The notes under the pieces were generated by a model. The model searched no databases and was not told where the DNA came from. It saw only the letters and a program-made list of their open reading frames with translations. DNA of 63,489 nucleotides, filler included, from Octopus bimaculoides (taxonomy: Eukaryota), in assembly GCF_001194135.2 (NCBI RefSeq). It is 8 parts of 7 records of this genome, joined end to end, with 100 filler letters (N's around TTAATTAATTAA, not from the genome) between each part and the next. Parts side by side here need not be neighbours in the genome. Positions count along the whole stretch, not along the records: positions 9,448 to 23,001 come from NC_068983.1; positions 23,102 to 43,840 come from NC_068984.1; 6 more parts are not named here. The stretch is one strand, 5' to 3'. Below, piece by piece: positions 13,792 to 25,934 of this stretch (the stretch's first letter is position 1; the number at the start of each line of letters is the position of its first letter). Made by a program: the position numbers and the translations under genes.

Positions 13792-14749
13792 AATCTGTGT
13801 TTCTAGCTAGCTAGCTGTCTGTCTCTCTGTCTCTCTCTTTATTTATCTATCTATCTGTCTCTACCTATCTCTCTTTCTATTTATTTCTCTATCAATGCAT
13901 CTATCTCCCCCACTCCTTATTTATCTTTCTATCAATATATATACATACATTTATACGAGTGCGTTCTGCCTCATCTTCGAAACGCCTAGTTTAGAATAGA
14001 GGCAGCTGATGAAGGAAAAGTTCCATAAGTGGCTCGTCTGTTTTCCTACGTGTTCATTCTGTTGTCCGTAAAAAAAGTTCGTTTTTTGTGCTTTGTTTAT
14101 ATTCCCGTTCCATTTTTGTCCACGTTTTTTGACGTCCTGTACCCGGATATGCATCTATATATACATGTAGATGTAGGTATGTATATATACGTATGTATAC
14201 ATGCATATGCACATATATCATTTGTATATATATATATATAATGTACATATATATACATATATATATATATATTATATAATTATCTATATGCATACATACA
14301 TACATACATACATACATACATGCACACACGTATACCTCTGTAACAATCCGTCTCATGCGTGCTTCCCATCTGCTACTCTTCATCTCCCACCTAAATATCC
14401 AGCTCCAAAATGAAAATATAAAATTTGTTATTATTGTAACTGGTGATGCATTGCTACATGTGTGCTGTTAATCAGTTGCACATGCTTCTAAAATTCCAAA
14501 CTATCTCTAAAATGTAGACTATGGGAAATAGTTCTGACTTAATTCTGACAGTCGCACATCAGTTTTCCATTGTTTTCGTTCACCATTTTGATGCAGATCT
14601 GCAGAAACTTGCTAGTTCTTCATTTAGATAATATTCAAATCTTGCACATACCACATCTATTACGGTTGCTGCTTCTCCTTACTTGAACTTCGAGTTAAAT
14701 TATATTTATATATATATGTATATATGATATGATTGCATGTGTCTGTAAT

Positions 14750-15110
14750 GGAGGCGCAATGGCCCAATGGTGATCCTACGACCGCGGTTTCGATTCCCAG
14801 ACCGGGCGTTGTGAGTGTTTATTGAGCGAAAACACCTAAAGCTCCACGAGGCTCCGGCAGGGGGTGGTGGCGAACCCTGCTGAAATATTTCACAACAAGT
14901 TTCTCTCACTCTATCATCCTCTTTCTGTTGTACCTGAATTTTAAAGGGCCATCCTTGTCACACTTGGTATCACGCTGAATCTCCCTGAGATCTATGTTAG
15001 GGGTACATGTGTCAGTGGAATGCTCAGCCACTTGCACGTTAATTTCGCGAGCAGGCTGTTCCATTGATCGGATCAACTGGAACCCTCGACGTCGTAACCG
15101 ACGGAGTGCA
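14750..15110 (+). mobile_element. tRNA-derived SINE family C, near full length
   Basis: A-box TGGCCCAATGG (14760-14770), B-box GGTTTCGATTCCC (14786-14798); 3' tail shared with 19531-19701 and 23117-23437. Confidence 0.85.
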
Positions 15111-15118
15111 TGTCTGTA

Positions 15119-15160
<42 letters not shown>

Positions 15161-15224
15161 NNNNNNNNNNNNNNNNNNNNNNNNNNNNNNNNNNNNNNNN
15201 NNNNNNNNNNNNNNNNNNNNNNNN

Positions 15225-15262
<38 letters not shown>

Positions 15263-15550
15263 AACACATACATACGTACACACAAACCATCGCGCACGCG
15301 CAGATACACGTACGTCGGCAAATCCATGTAGAAAGAAACAAGAAAGATACCAAAAACCAATTGGAGGTACAAAGCGAGTATATTGGATTAACGCTAAGTG
15401 AGAGATTTAGACAGCAAAATAGAAGTAGAAATGAGGTTTCGAGCATGGCTCTTCGTCGAGTAGGCGAAAAACTCAGAGACGAGGAAAACGAAGAAAGACA
15501 AATTAGACTGGAGAAATGCACGTCTGTCAGAAACAAAAGACGGACGCAAT

Positions 15551-15728
15551 GTCTTTCGGCCTTTTATCCGTCTTTACGTTCTGAGTTTAAATGTCGCCGA
15601 GGTCGTTTACCTTTGATCCTTACGGGGTTGATAGCATAAGTACCAGTTAACTAATGGGGTCGATGTAATTGACACTCCGCTCCTGAAATTTCTGACCTTG
15701 TGCAAAAATTTGAAATCAAAACATAAGG
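15551..15728 (+). mobile_element. SINE family B, 5'-truncated
   Basis: GTCTTTACGTTCTGAGTT-AAAT...GAGGTCG...AAGTACCAGTT...GGGGTCGAT matches 57049-57266. Confidence 0.75.
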
Positions 15729-15816
<88 letters not shown>

Positions 15817-15825
15817 TTGTTGTTG

Positions 15826-15952
15826 TTCAGTAGTTTTATTTTTATAACGTGCTTTCACTTCACTACCGAGCGCAGCTCTGTGTGCCTTGGGTATGTGCTG
15901 TGGTTTGCTGTGATGCTCTTATGGTTACTGTATTGAAAGTGTTTTGCGTAAG
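15826..15952 (-). mobile_element. R4/Dong-like family 2 extreme 3' end, second copy
   Basis: Near-identical to 2277-2395; embedded in (TAT/TAG)n. Confidence 0.85.
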
Positions 15953-15975
15953 ATTTTATTATTATTATTATTATC

Positions 15976-16399
15976 ATTGCCTTTGCACAGCTTCTAAGCT
16001 GGAGATGTACTACGGTGTCAGCTGTTCACTACCAGTGAACTAAGGTAACACGTCTTATTTTTCGAGCACCTTCCAGAGTATTCGAGCGGTCCTAAGCAGT
16101 AGTTTTCTGCAAGTGCTCCGCCCTTATTGCAGCCCCCTATTTGTTCCATGTACTTCTCGAGATTTTTACTTACTGTTCCCAGGGCTCCGACAATTATTGT
16201 TACTACTACCACCTTTTTCATCGACCACAACTGCTTAACCTCTCAAGCTGACCTGTCATATCTATCGACTTTTCTTTCTTCCTTATAGCATACCTTGTTT
16301 TCAGCTGGGCATGCTATATCTATGATCCAGCATAGTTTGTTTTCTTTCTCAATTAAGAATGTCTGGCTTCCTATTCTCTATCTCATGGTCACACTGGGC

Positions 16400-16400
<1 letters not shown>
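15976..16400 (-). mobile_element. R4/Dong-like RLE LINE 3' fragment (family 3)
   Basis: Reads ...KENKLCWIIDIACPAENKVCYKEERKVDRY...KQLWSMKKVVVVTIIVGALGTV, RLE catalytic-region motifs with stops; (TAT)n on both sides. Confidence 0.8.
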
Positions 16401-16432
<32 letters not shown>

Positions 16433-16515
16433 CATCATTATTATTATTATTAATGTGATGGATAGGTAGATATATNNNNNNNNNNNNNNNNNNNNNNNNN
16501 NNNNTATATATATAT

Positions 16516-16516
<1 letters not shown>

Positions 16517-16594
<78 letters not shown>
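16517..16594. repeat. (GATA)n microsatellite
   Basis: Direct reading. Confidence 0.95.
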
Positions 16595-16596
<2 letters not shown>

Positions 16597-16807
16597 ATTC
16601 ATTTGTCCGTAATTGAATGTGTCAAATGTACAATATTTTTCTTTCCTATCAAAACTTGTTAAGAGTTGATAAAAGTTGAAAGAATTTTACTTTTTGATAA
16701 ATAAATCATGGTGTACGAAGAAGAAACCCAAAGAAAGAGGATAATAAAAGCCTGTACAGGAAAGAAATGGGAGGGCTTTAAATATTCGAAGAATATGGGG
16801 ATAGGCC

Positions 16808-16877
16808 ATTTTGAGGTGGAACCCGGATTAAATTATATCTAAGAGATATAAATTTATCCGGGTTCCCACCCCAAAAT
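16808..16877. repeat. 70-bp imperfect palindrome
   Basis: ATTTTGAGGTGG-AACCCGGATTAAATTATATCT aag AGATATAAATTTATCCGGGTTCCCACCCCAAAAT. Confidence 0.9.
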
Positions 16878-17809
16878 ATAAACAATAATTCTGTTTGTAA
16901 GTGATTTTAAGGCGCTTGCTCCTGTTCTGTGATTGGTTGGTATGTCGTTTAAATTGTTATTTATTGCTAATATCTACATATGGTAACGATATGAGATGCC
17001 CCTTGAAATGCGTTAATAGATAAGTTGCATTGGCGCTTTCCCAATGTAAATGAATAATGCTAGTGTTTTATTGGTTTGGCATATATGTGTGTATGTGTGT
17101 GAGCATGTGTGTATGTATGTATATATATGTGTATATGTATATATATATATATGTGTATATGTATATATATATATATGTGTATATATATATATGTATGTGT
17201 ATATATATATCTGTATATGTATATATGCATATGAGTAGATATATGTATGTATATGTAAATAGATATATATGTATATGATAATAATAATATTAGGGATAAA
17301 AATCCAAATTTATGTGTAGTCGTTTTATTATCTGTATCTTATGATATTTACTTTGTATTAGATTATACTTATTTCTTGTGCTTTTACTTAATTTTTCTAT
17401 ATGTGACAGTGGATTTTCATCGATGAGTTCATGAACCTTGGTTTTTTTCCCTAAAACTAAATATATATATATGTATATGTAAATAGACATATGTATATGT
17501 AAGTATATGTATATGTATATATATGTATGTGTATGTGTATGTATGTAAGCATATGTATATATATGCATATATATAGATATATGTATATGTAAATAGATAT
17601 GTGTATGTAAATGTTGGTTTGAGTTTAATGGAAGGGCAGTAATCGATATGAACACGCTCCGTTCATACAGAAACACAGTTCGTGTATTTTTCTATATTTA
17701 TGTATTTATGTTCATTTTTATCAATTTTCTTTTCTTTTTTTTATTTTGCATTTTTATTTAATTATTAATTACTGACCTATTCTATTCTATTTGAAATATA
17801 GAGCAACAA

Positions 17810-19525
17810 TTGTTTTCGCCAAACATTTGAGGGCATTAATTAAGAATATCAGATTTCGGAAAATATATAATGTCTTTTAGAGGAAACTACATTTCAAACA
17901 ATGTAAAATAAAAATAAAACCAAAAATTGTTCAGGAACTTAATCAATTGCACATAGCAAAAAAATATTTGAAGTTGAGCAAAATATTCACCACTAAATCG
18001 TATCAATCCCATCAAAAATACTTACAAGAGATCAAACTGAACACTTAAATGTGATCAGAAAGCTATGTCAGAGCTAGACATAGGCGACAGAACAAAACCT
18101 GTAACATTTCTGTATTAAACTTTGCACTTAAAGAGCACAAACTAAACTTCGCACATAAACTCACTGTGCATCTGATAAATCTCACTAAAACTGATAAGCG
18201 TGCCAGCAGTAAGCATATATCAGACGATTCATAGTCTAAAATTAAAGAAGCAACAATACCCATATGGAATAACACAATAACCTTTATTGCATAGTTTAGG
18301 TCTATTCCCACCAAACCTAACCAAATTTCTACAATTCGACATGGCGGACTATTACCCATTGATCTCTAAATTATTAGTCAGAAATAGTTTTGCTGTATCA
18401 ATTTCAAATATTAATGTCGATGAAATAGCAATTATATTACACGTAAAATATACTATACTCAGTTATGACCAATAGGTTGAGATTAAAACTTTTTTCTGAT
18501 ACTGCCTTTGATGTCAGTATGGGTGAATGATTTTGCTGAAATGAGTGATCTCATAGGAATATTAATCGAACTTATCAAACAAGTTGCCTTATAGTAATGG
18601 AGGCCTCAATAGAGATGATGGTCTCCTTCTGTACAATATTGCCAGCCTCAAAAAACGGAGAGACTCATAAAAGATTTATATCTTTTTTAAAAAATGATTG
18701 ATTACAAATGATTACAAACGCTTAGCGTACCGCTACTAACTCCGTGAATAACTATTCTTACTATCCTTATCGAAAGTCAAATGAAACTTTAAAATAGGAG
18801 AAACTATTTAGTCATACAGTTTAACGTTAGTTAAAACATCCCATTTTGACTGTTAGTAATTGTATGCCCACAAGAAATTCTTTCACAAACATATAAAAAG
18901 CTACGATGACGACCTTTTAAAAAGTGAAGACACCAATAAGATGCAACCCACAAAAACAGAAAAACGAAATATCTGTTATCAACTCCCTTTTAATTTATCT
19001 GCCGCCATTCCAGTAACAGACGGCATCCATTCATTTATTTACTCAGGAAGATTTAAAAACACGATTACAATATCTTAGTTTATCGTTTCTACTTTGCGCA
19101 GTCTTTTAACTCATTTAGCCTACCTAAATTATTGCAACACAACTAACGAAAAAATAATTATAATTCCTACCACAGAAAACCTAGTATTTGCCTGTAAAGC
19201 CAACTGTTTAGTTAAAGATACAGCATACACATGCACCATACATAGAAATGATTCTTCTATCAAATACATTGGCCCCGTTCATTACCCATTCAAAACAATT
19301 CATGCTTCCATATTAAAACCAAACACAGAAGTATAAACATTTTGTTCTCCAGTTCTATTTACAGTTTGAAGAAATAAAGAAATTATAACTTAAATTGGCA
19401 GTCTTTTCAACGCAAAATTATAAACTGGAGAAAAACATGCAACATATGCACGATAGAGAGATTTGAAATATTTTCTGCTTAAATATTACTCAACCAACAC
19501 TAAAAAAAAAAACTTCAGTTGCCAA
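17810..19525 (+). pseudogene. Decayed Penelope-like element pol (RT + Cys linker + GIY-YIG), YRDD-type (Naiad-like by recall)
   Basis: Ordered motifs: KNIRFRK, LKEHKLNF..LINLTK, QFDMADYYPLIS, FDVSMG..AEMSDLIG, GLNRDDGL, YYPYRKSNE, KRNI, ANCL..AYTC..KYIG..FK, CNICTIER; many stops and frameshifts. Confidence 0.85.
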
Positions 19526-19530
19526 CCTAA

Positions 19531-19701
19531 CTGGCATTCCATCGGTTACGACGACGAGAATTCCAGTTGATACGATCAACTGAACAGACTGTTTTTGAAA
19601 TTAACGTACTAGTGTTCTCAAGGAGATTTAGGGTGACACAGAATGTGACAAGGCTGGCCCTTTGAAATACAGGTGCTACTCATTTTTGCCAGCCGAGTGG
19701 C
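19531..19701 (-). mobile_element. SINE sharing the family C tail (CORE-like variant), partial
   Basis: CTGGCATTCCATCGGTTACGACGACGAG...GACAAGGCTGGCCCTTTGAAATACAGG..CTCATTTTTGCCAGC. Confidence 0.8.
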
Positions 19702-19935
19702 AAAAGATACAAAAGATTTAAAATACTTTCTCACATAGACGTAACCGCATTGATAAACGAATACCTTCTGGTGAATTCCTCTAGTCTTACTTCAATCCCT
19801 TCTTATTTCCATACATCAGACATAAGCATTTACATCAGAACCCGTCGTCGTCATATCATCACCATCATTTATTGTCCATTTCTGTTGCCATGAGTTGGAC
19901 ACCCCACTTGATCTACAAACTGCATGACGATGAAT

Positions 19936-20087
19936 TACCGTCAAAAATTAGGTTAAAAAATATGGGAGTTTCTTATACATGGATAGTACTATAATCCCTT
20001 ACAAAACCTTTTTTCCAAATTTTAAGCCCAAAATATTAGGGGTTTTCCCTATACACGAGGGTTTCTTATATACGTTAAAATACGGTA
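19936..20087. mobile_element. pogo/Tc1-type MITE remnant
   Basis: TACCGT...AAAATACGGTA ends with TA; three internal GGG-GTTTC/TTCC-TATACA-G repeats. Confidence 0.45.
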
Positions 20088-20653
20088 CATGCCAAATGAT
20101 TACTCGTTTTCTTTCAAACCACTTGAACATGTCCAAGTGATCCCATTATTTTCCTTGTCATTCCAAATGAAAGCTTATCTGTAGAACGTTGGTGATTCGT
20201 GTAAACATTCACGGCTCACCCTTAAAATATAGGTTCTATATATTTTGTCCGTAATATACTGTAATCTATCGTTTATATCTTGTCTTTTGCAATTTATTAA
20301 TGGTATTTTTTATTCTCTCTACACGTTTTTTATCAACTATAAATTTTGTGGACATATCTGTTCTTATTGCTCTGTCAGTGAATGTGTGCCACCATCCTTG
20401 TATGAATGTATGCATGCACTAAATCATACGCTAAAAATTTATTCATTCAGTTTTCTTCGGGAAAACGCCGATTAAAAAACTTATCTATTAACTTACTTAA
20501 GGCACCACCTCACAGCGTTTCCATGGAGATTTTAGTAATGAAATATAATTTAGCTGACATGCCCTACGGACGACAAAATAGGACAATTCGTAATATGATT
20601 AACAAACAAAACTATAGTTTCTTTCCTAAATATATAGATTAATTTGCATATTA

Positions 20654-20810
20654 TTTACTTGTTTCAGTCATTAGACTGCGACCATGCTGGGGCACTGCAT
20701 TGAAGAATTTTAGTCGAACGAATTGATCCCAGTACTTTAATTTTATTAAGCCTGGTGCTTATTCTATAGGTGTCTTTTGCCAAACGTCTAGGTTATGGAG
20801 ATTTACACAC
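20654..20810 (-). mobile_element. SINE family A, 3' half
   Basis: TTTTACTTGTTTCAGTCATT-GACTGCG-CCATGCTGG-GCAC...CTTATTCTAT-GGT-TCTTTTGCC. Confidence 0.75.
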
Positions 20811-20862
20811 ACCAACTTTCTCCGCCCCACCACCGCCACCACCAAAAAAGAAAAGAAACATA

Positions 20863-21745
20863 GGCGCAGGAGTGACTGTGTGGTAAGTAAGCGGTGGAAG
20901 TTGTAGCCTCGACCCAATGGAGAAACAATATTTGGTTTTCTCCAGAAGGTGAGAGGCGATGGGAAAGCTTTTTAAAAAGCTTGCCAGGGGAGGAGACATA
21001 ACCTGCAATGGACTCCTTCCCTGTGCATGTATTCCGCTTTCGATCGAGGTACCCTGATCTGGTACTATCGGAGTGGCTGAGTGGCGCTTCGGGCTGGATC
21101 GGGGCCGGCGGGGGGTGGGGATTGTAAAAGTAAGAGGATAAGTGCCTCATATTAGAAGGGCATGTGGCCCATGAGAAAAATTGTAAGAGGCCAAGTGCCT
21201 CATTTCAAGGACATGGTGTCGTTTGTGGTAAGTGGCTTAGTGCCTCATTGAAAGGACCTTGAGTCCAAAAGAAACGTTGGTAAGAGGTTTTAGAGAAGCA
21301 GAGATCGGGGGGCGTCTTCTGTCTTCCTTAATTAATATCATCCTGTTCATTATTCGTCTCATCTCATTAATGTTTTTGTCCAGCCCACAACTACTCCATC
21401 TGTGTACGGCTTTCATAGCCAATAACATGAAATAAAGTAGCTTGCTAACAAACCACATGGTTCCGGGTTCAGTCCCNNNNNNNNNNNNNNNNNNNNNNNN
21501 NNNNNNNNNNGTGTGTGTGTGTGTGCGCGTGCGTATATGCTTGTGTGTGCGTGTCCCCAACATTGCTTGATAACTGCTGCTGGTATGTTCACGTCCCCGT
21601 AGCAAAGCGGTTCGACAAAAGATACCGATACAATAAGTACTAGGCTTACAAAGAATAAGTCCTGGGGTCGGTTTGCTCGACTAAAGGCGGTGCTCCAGCA
21701 TGGCCGCAGTAAAAATGACTGAAACAAGTAAAAGAATTAAAGAAT
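20863..21745 (+). mobile_element. SINE family A interrupted in its tRNA head by a 545-bp insert (20890-21434)
   Basis: Head GGCGCAGGAGTGACTGTGTGGTAAGTA resumes as AAGTAGCTTGCT..CCACATGGTTCCGGGTTCAGTCCC at 21435; tail at 21545-21745. Confidence 0.85.
20890..21434. mobile_element. Unclassified GC-rich insertion with a 5-bp target-site duplication (AAGTA)
   Basis: AAGTA at 20885-20889 and 21435-21439; internal ~50-bp degenerate repeats and palindromes. Confidence 0.65.
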
Positions 21746-22489
21746 ATATACATTGACACAGGATACGAAGTTTTTGCTTGCTCGAATTCTTCAGAATCGC
21801 GAGCAAGGCAAAATTTTGAAGACAATTTACAACTTTTCCTTATAAAAGTTTAATAAACGTATACTATATTAAAAAGTATTGACTAATCCTTCAGATTAAT
21901 CTTAAATCGTTTTTAAATATAACTCGACATGAAAACAAACATTAATATTCATTAAAATAATTTGTTCACAAAAATGGCGGATAGCTGTGTTCGACGAGGT
22001 TTTTCGAAACCTAGCGTTTTGTTTCTCTTATAATTTTCATTTCTTTTCTTTCTTCTGGAAGCTCATGCTGCACTTATAAATAAGGAGAATTTCTTAATTT
22101 CAATCAACGCATGACAAACGCCGGTAACAGAAAAAGATATTATACTTGAAATTCAGAATGTGAAGTTCTGGAAATGTCGTTTATAAATTGAGAAACATTG
22201 TTGTTTCATGCTACGTGGGGAAAAAAAATGAAAATGGAGAAATTTAAAATAAAATCGATAAAACTTGAACACTGTCATATATTTAATGATACACGCACAC
22301 ACCAATGCTTGTATACACATACACACACACACATATTTATATACATATATACACACATACAAACCTATATGCATAGAGAGAGAGATTTATATAAACGTAT
22401 ACTTGTGATACATATTCATAAATATATACATAGGCATACATATACGGAAAATGTTCATAGACATACATATATACTTACATACATCTATA

Positions 22490-22503
22490 TCGGTGTATAA
22501 AAT

Positions 22504-22539
<36 letters not shown>

Positions 22540-22943
22540 TTATACATGTGTGTGTGTCTGTATGTGTTAGCATATATACATACATAAATATGCATATATA
22601 TATATGTATGTGTATGTATGTATATAAATATGTATGTATATATGTATATATATATATATATATCTGTGTGTATATATGCGTGTGTATATATGTGTGTATA
22701 TGTGTGTATATATGTATATATATGTATGTAAATATATATATATATGCAAATATATGTATATATATGTATCTATATATATGTATGTATATATATGTATATA
22801 TATATGTATGTGTCTATATATATGTGCATATATGTATATATCTATATATATTTGTTTGTATATATATGTGTATATGTATATATATGTGTATGTATATATT
22901 TATGTATATATATATGTATATATGTACATATACATACACATAG

Positions 22944-22995
<52 letters not shown>

Positions 22996-23001
22996 GTGTA
23001 T
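22490..23001. repeat. Long degenerate (TA/TG)n to (CA)n tract
   Basis: Direct reading. Confidence 0.9.
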
Positions 23002-23116
23002 NNNNNNNNNNNNNNNNNNNNNNNNNNNNNNNNNNNNNNNNNNNNTTAATTAATTAANNNNNNNNNNNNNNNNNNNNNNNNNNNNNNNNNNNNNNNNNNN
23101 NTATATATATAATTAA

Positions 23117-23437
23117 CTGGCATTCCGTCGCTTACGACGATAAGGGTTCTATTTGGTCCATTCAAGGGAACAACTTGCTCCTGAGATTAATGTGCAAGGG
23201 GCTGAGCACTTCACAAAGACGCTTACCCCTTCTCATGCTTCTCAGGGCGATTCAGCGTGACACAGAGTGTGACAAGGCCGACCCCTTGAAATATAGGTAC
23301 AACTCATTTTCGCCAGTTGAGTGGGGCAACGTGAAATAAAGTGCCCTGCTGAAGGACACTACACACGTTCGGGAATCGAACTCGTGACACAACGATCACG
23401 ACCATAATACCTTAACCACTAAACCACGTCCCTTCAC
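23117..23437 (-). mobile_element. Full tRNA/CORE-like SINE with family C tail
   Basis: Minus strand: A-box TGGTTTAGTGG, B-box GAGTTCGATTCC, CORE-like TAGTGTCCTTCAGCAGGGCACTTTATTTCAC, tail ...CGTCGTAAGCGACGGAATGCCAG. Confidence 0.85.
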
Positions 23438-24911
23438 AATATATATATATATATATATAGTTCATTTAGAGGTTATGTTAGCCTCATGAAGGGATGGTGT
23501 CACCCTAGGAAATAATGGTCCAGTAACTAAAATATTTGGGATTCAATACAAAAAGATTACCTAATCCAATTTAAACTTTAAATCCTACTCAGACCTGGCT
23601 GTAGATGCAGCATAGGTATTTAAAAGAAGAACACAGATGGGGCTTGGAATTTATGACATCTGTTTCTTTTATTCGTATTATTCAACAAGATAAACATTTA
23701 AGCAACACAATCGATAGCTTTATTATTCGTCTGGTTAAACATTCGATCAACCCGCCTCGTCAGAGGCGTTTCTTCGCTATTGACGATCTTATCATTGCCT
23801 TCGCTACTACAAGCCGCTCAAACAGAACCAGTGCGTGTGTTTCTTCTCGCCATAACAACCCTCCAAAGACAGAGTAAAACTCGTTTCATCACACGATTTC
23901 ACATCCAAAATTTGACAAACCTAATACACAAACAAAAATATTTATAAGAATGTATTTTTGTATATATATATATATATATATATANNNNNNNNNNNNNNNN
24001 NNNNNNNNNNNNNNNNNNNNNNNNNNNNNNNNNNNNNNNNNNNNNNNNNNNNNNNNNNNNNNNNNNNNNNNNNNNNNNNNNNNNNNNNNNNNNNNNNNNN
24101 NNNNNNNNNNNNNNNNNNNNNNNNNNNNNNNNNNNNNNNNNNNNNNNNNNNNNNNNNNNNNNNNNNNNNNNNNNNNNNNNNNNNNNNNNNNNNNNNNNNN
24201 NNNNNNNNNNNNNNNNNNNNNNNNNNNNNNNNNNNNNNNNNNNNNNNNNNNNNNNNNNNNNNNNNNNNNNNNNNNNNNNNNNNNNNNNNNNNNNNNNNNN
24301 NNNNNNNNNNNNNNNNNNNNNNNNNNNNNNNNNNNNNNNNNNNNNNNNNNNNNNNNNNNNNNNNNNNNNNNNNNNNGTACACTCAATAATGAAAGAGCGA
24401 TGGCGGAGAAGTGATAATGAATTTATGCGAATTTATAGGCAATTTAGAGATTCTTTTTGCTGCTGTTATTGAAAACAACTAATGCTTTTGCACGTTAATG
24501 ATGCTCTATGTTAATGTACACATGAATATAAAAAAATACAACATAACGATAAAAAAAATGAGCATTATTACTGTAAACATATATGTACCTGTGTGATAAT
24601 ATTTCTAACGACAATCACATAAATACTTGAGCAAAAATGATGTAGTCACAATTATGCTGGTAATTTAAGGAGCACATTTCCATACAGCAGTTTGCAGCCA
24701 ACATCCAGTTACACATACACACACAATCATAAAACACATACACACATACATACACACGCATATGTATATACACACACATACCTACATACATATGCTGTAC
24801 ATCTACACATTCTATATATTATTGCAAACAGAAATATACTGTACATATATACGAGCGTGTGTATGAGTAACCACACGCGAAAACTCACACAAGCGCTTAT
24901 AGATGCCCTCC

Positions 24912-24959
<48 letters not shown>

Positions 24960-24970
24960 GGGGGTTTAAT

Positions 24971-25017
<47 letters not shown>

Positions 25018-25345
25018 TTTAGCTAAAGTATGAGATAACTTGTCCTATAAGATGTATATTCACATGTAACGCTTGTGACTCTTTATATATTACAAGTATT
25101 TATTCATAAATTTTGTCTCAATTGTCTATCATCATACACACAAACACACATATCTATCTATCTACCTATCTATCTCTCTACTTATCTATCAAGAATTCAT
25201 CTACACTCTGTTTCTCTCTATTTCTTTCTTCCTTTCTTTACCAAAATGGATTCATACATATCTATATTATATGAATGAAATTGTATTTTGTATAACTGTT
25301 TGACCATCTACTTGAATTGCGTACAAATGTATGTATGTATGTATG

Positions 25346-25468
25346 GCATTGTTCAGTTTATTTCAAGATTTCTTGCCAATAAAGAATCGGTCTCTAAGCT
25401 AGATCCAAGTCTCCTTCACTGGAATTTCAAAATCAACAACAGGATATTTTTGTCTGTGTGTATGTATG

Positions 25469-25502
<34 letters not shown>

Positions 25503-25655
25503 TGTATGTATGTATGTATGTACGTATGTATGTATGTATGCATGTATGTATGTATGTATGTGCAGATTTTTATGTTTTATGTATGTATTCTCATGCATAT
25601 AGTTGCATATTCCGACATGCTCATATACAGTTAAATGATAAACTTCTGGAAAATT
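25346..25655 (-). mobile_element. 3' end of an RLE-type LINE family associated with (ATAC)n, copy 1
   Basis: Matches 59373-59730; 3' UTR holds a (TATG)n expansion; 3' end runs into ATAC repeats. Confidence 0.7.
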
Positions 25656-25934
25656 TTGTGCTGCTTAAGACGTCTTTTTCAATCTATAATAATATGTAGG
25701 CAGGTTAGCTTATTAGATGCATAGTAATGGTATACTATTATTATAATAATCTAAAACAATTATAATGCCTCATATAAAAGTATATCAAAACTTCTAGAAT
25801 ACACTTCGTATGCCACTGGTGTTTTAGTGTTTTCAAACACACACAGACACACGCAGAAACACATACACACACTAATACTTGAGTGCGCACCCCAACTCAC
25901 AATGTACTTATATATATGTGTGTGTGTGTGTGTG

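Noticed and set aside
13990-14045. CTGATGA-A-GGAA(aag)TTCC hammerhead-like start
   Set aside because: Followed by ATAAG, not GAAA; no consistent stem I or III
21130-21290. CRISPR-like spaced 21-bp repeats
   Set aside because: Spacers resemble each other (AAGG-CAT/CCT), lengths vary, only 3-4 units, eukaryotic context, no cas genes; it is a degenerate tandem repeat
23735-23780. Minus-strand CTGACGA near GAAAC/GAAT
   Set aside because: No stem II and wrong motif order; it is just a CGCCTC/GAGGCG hairpin
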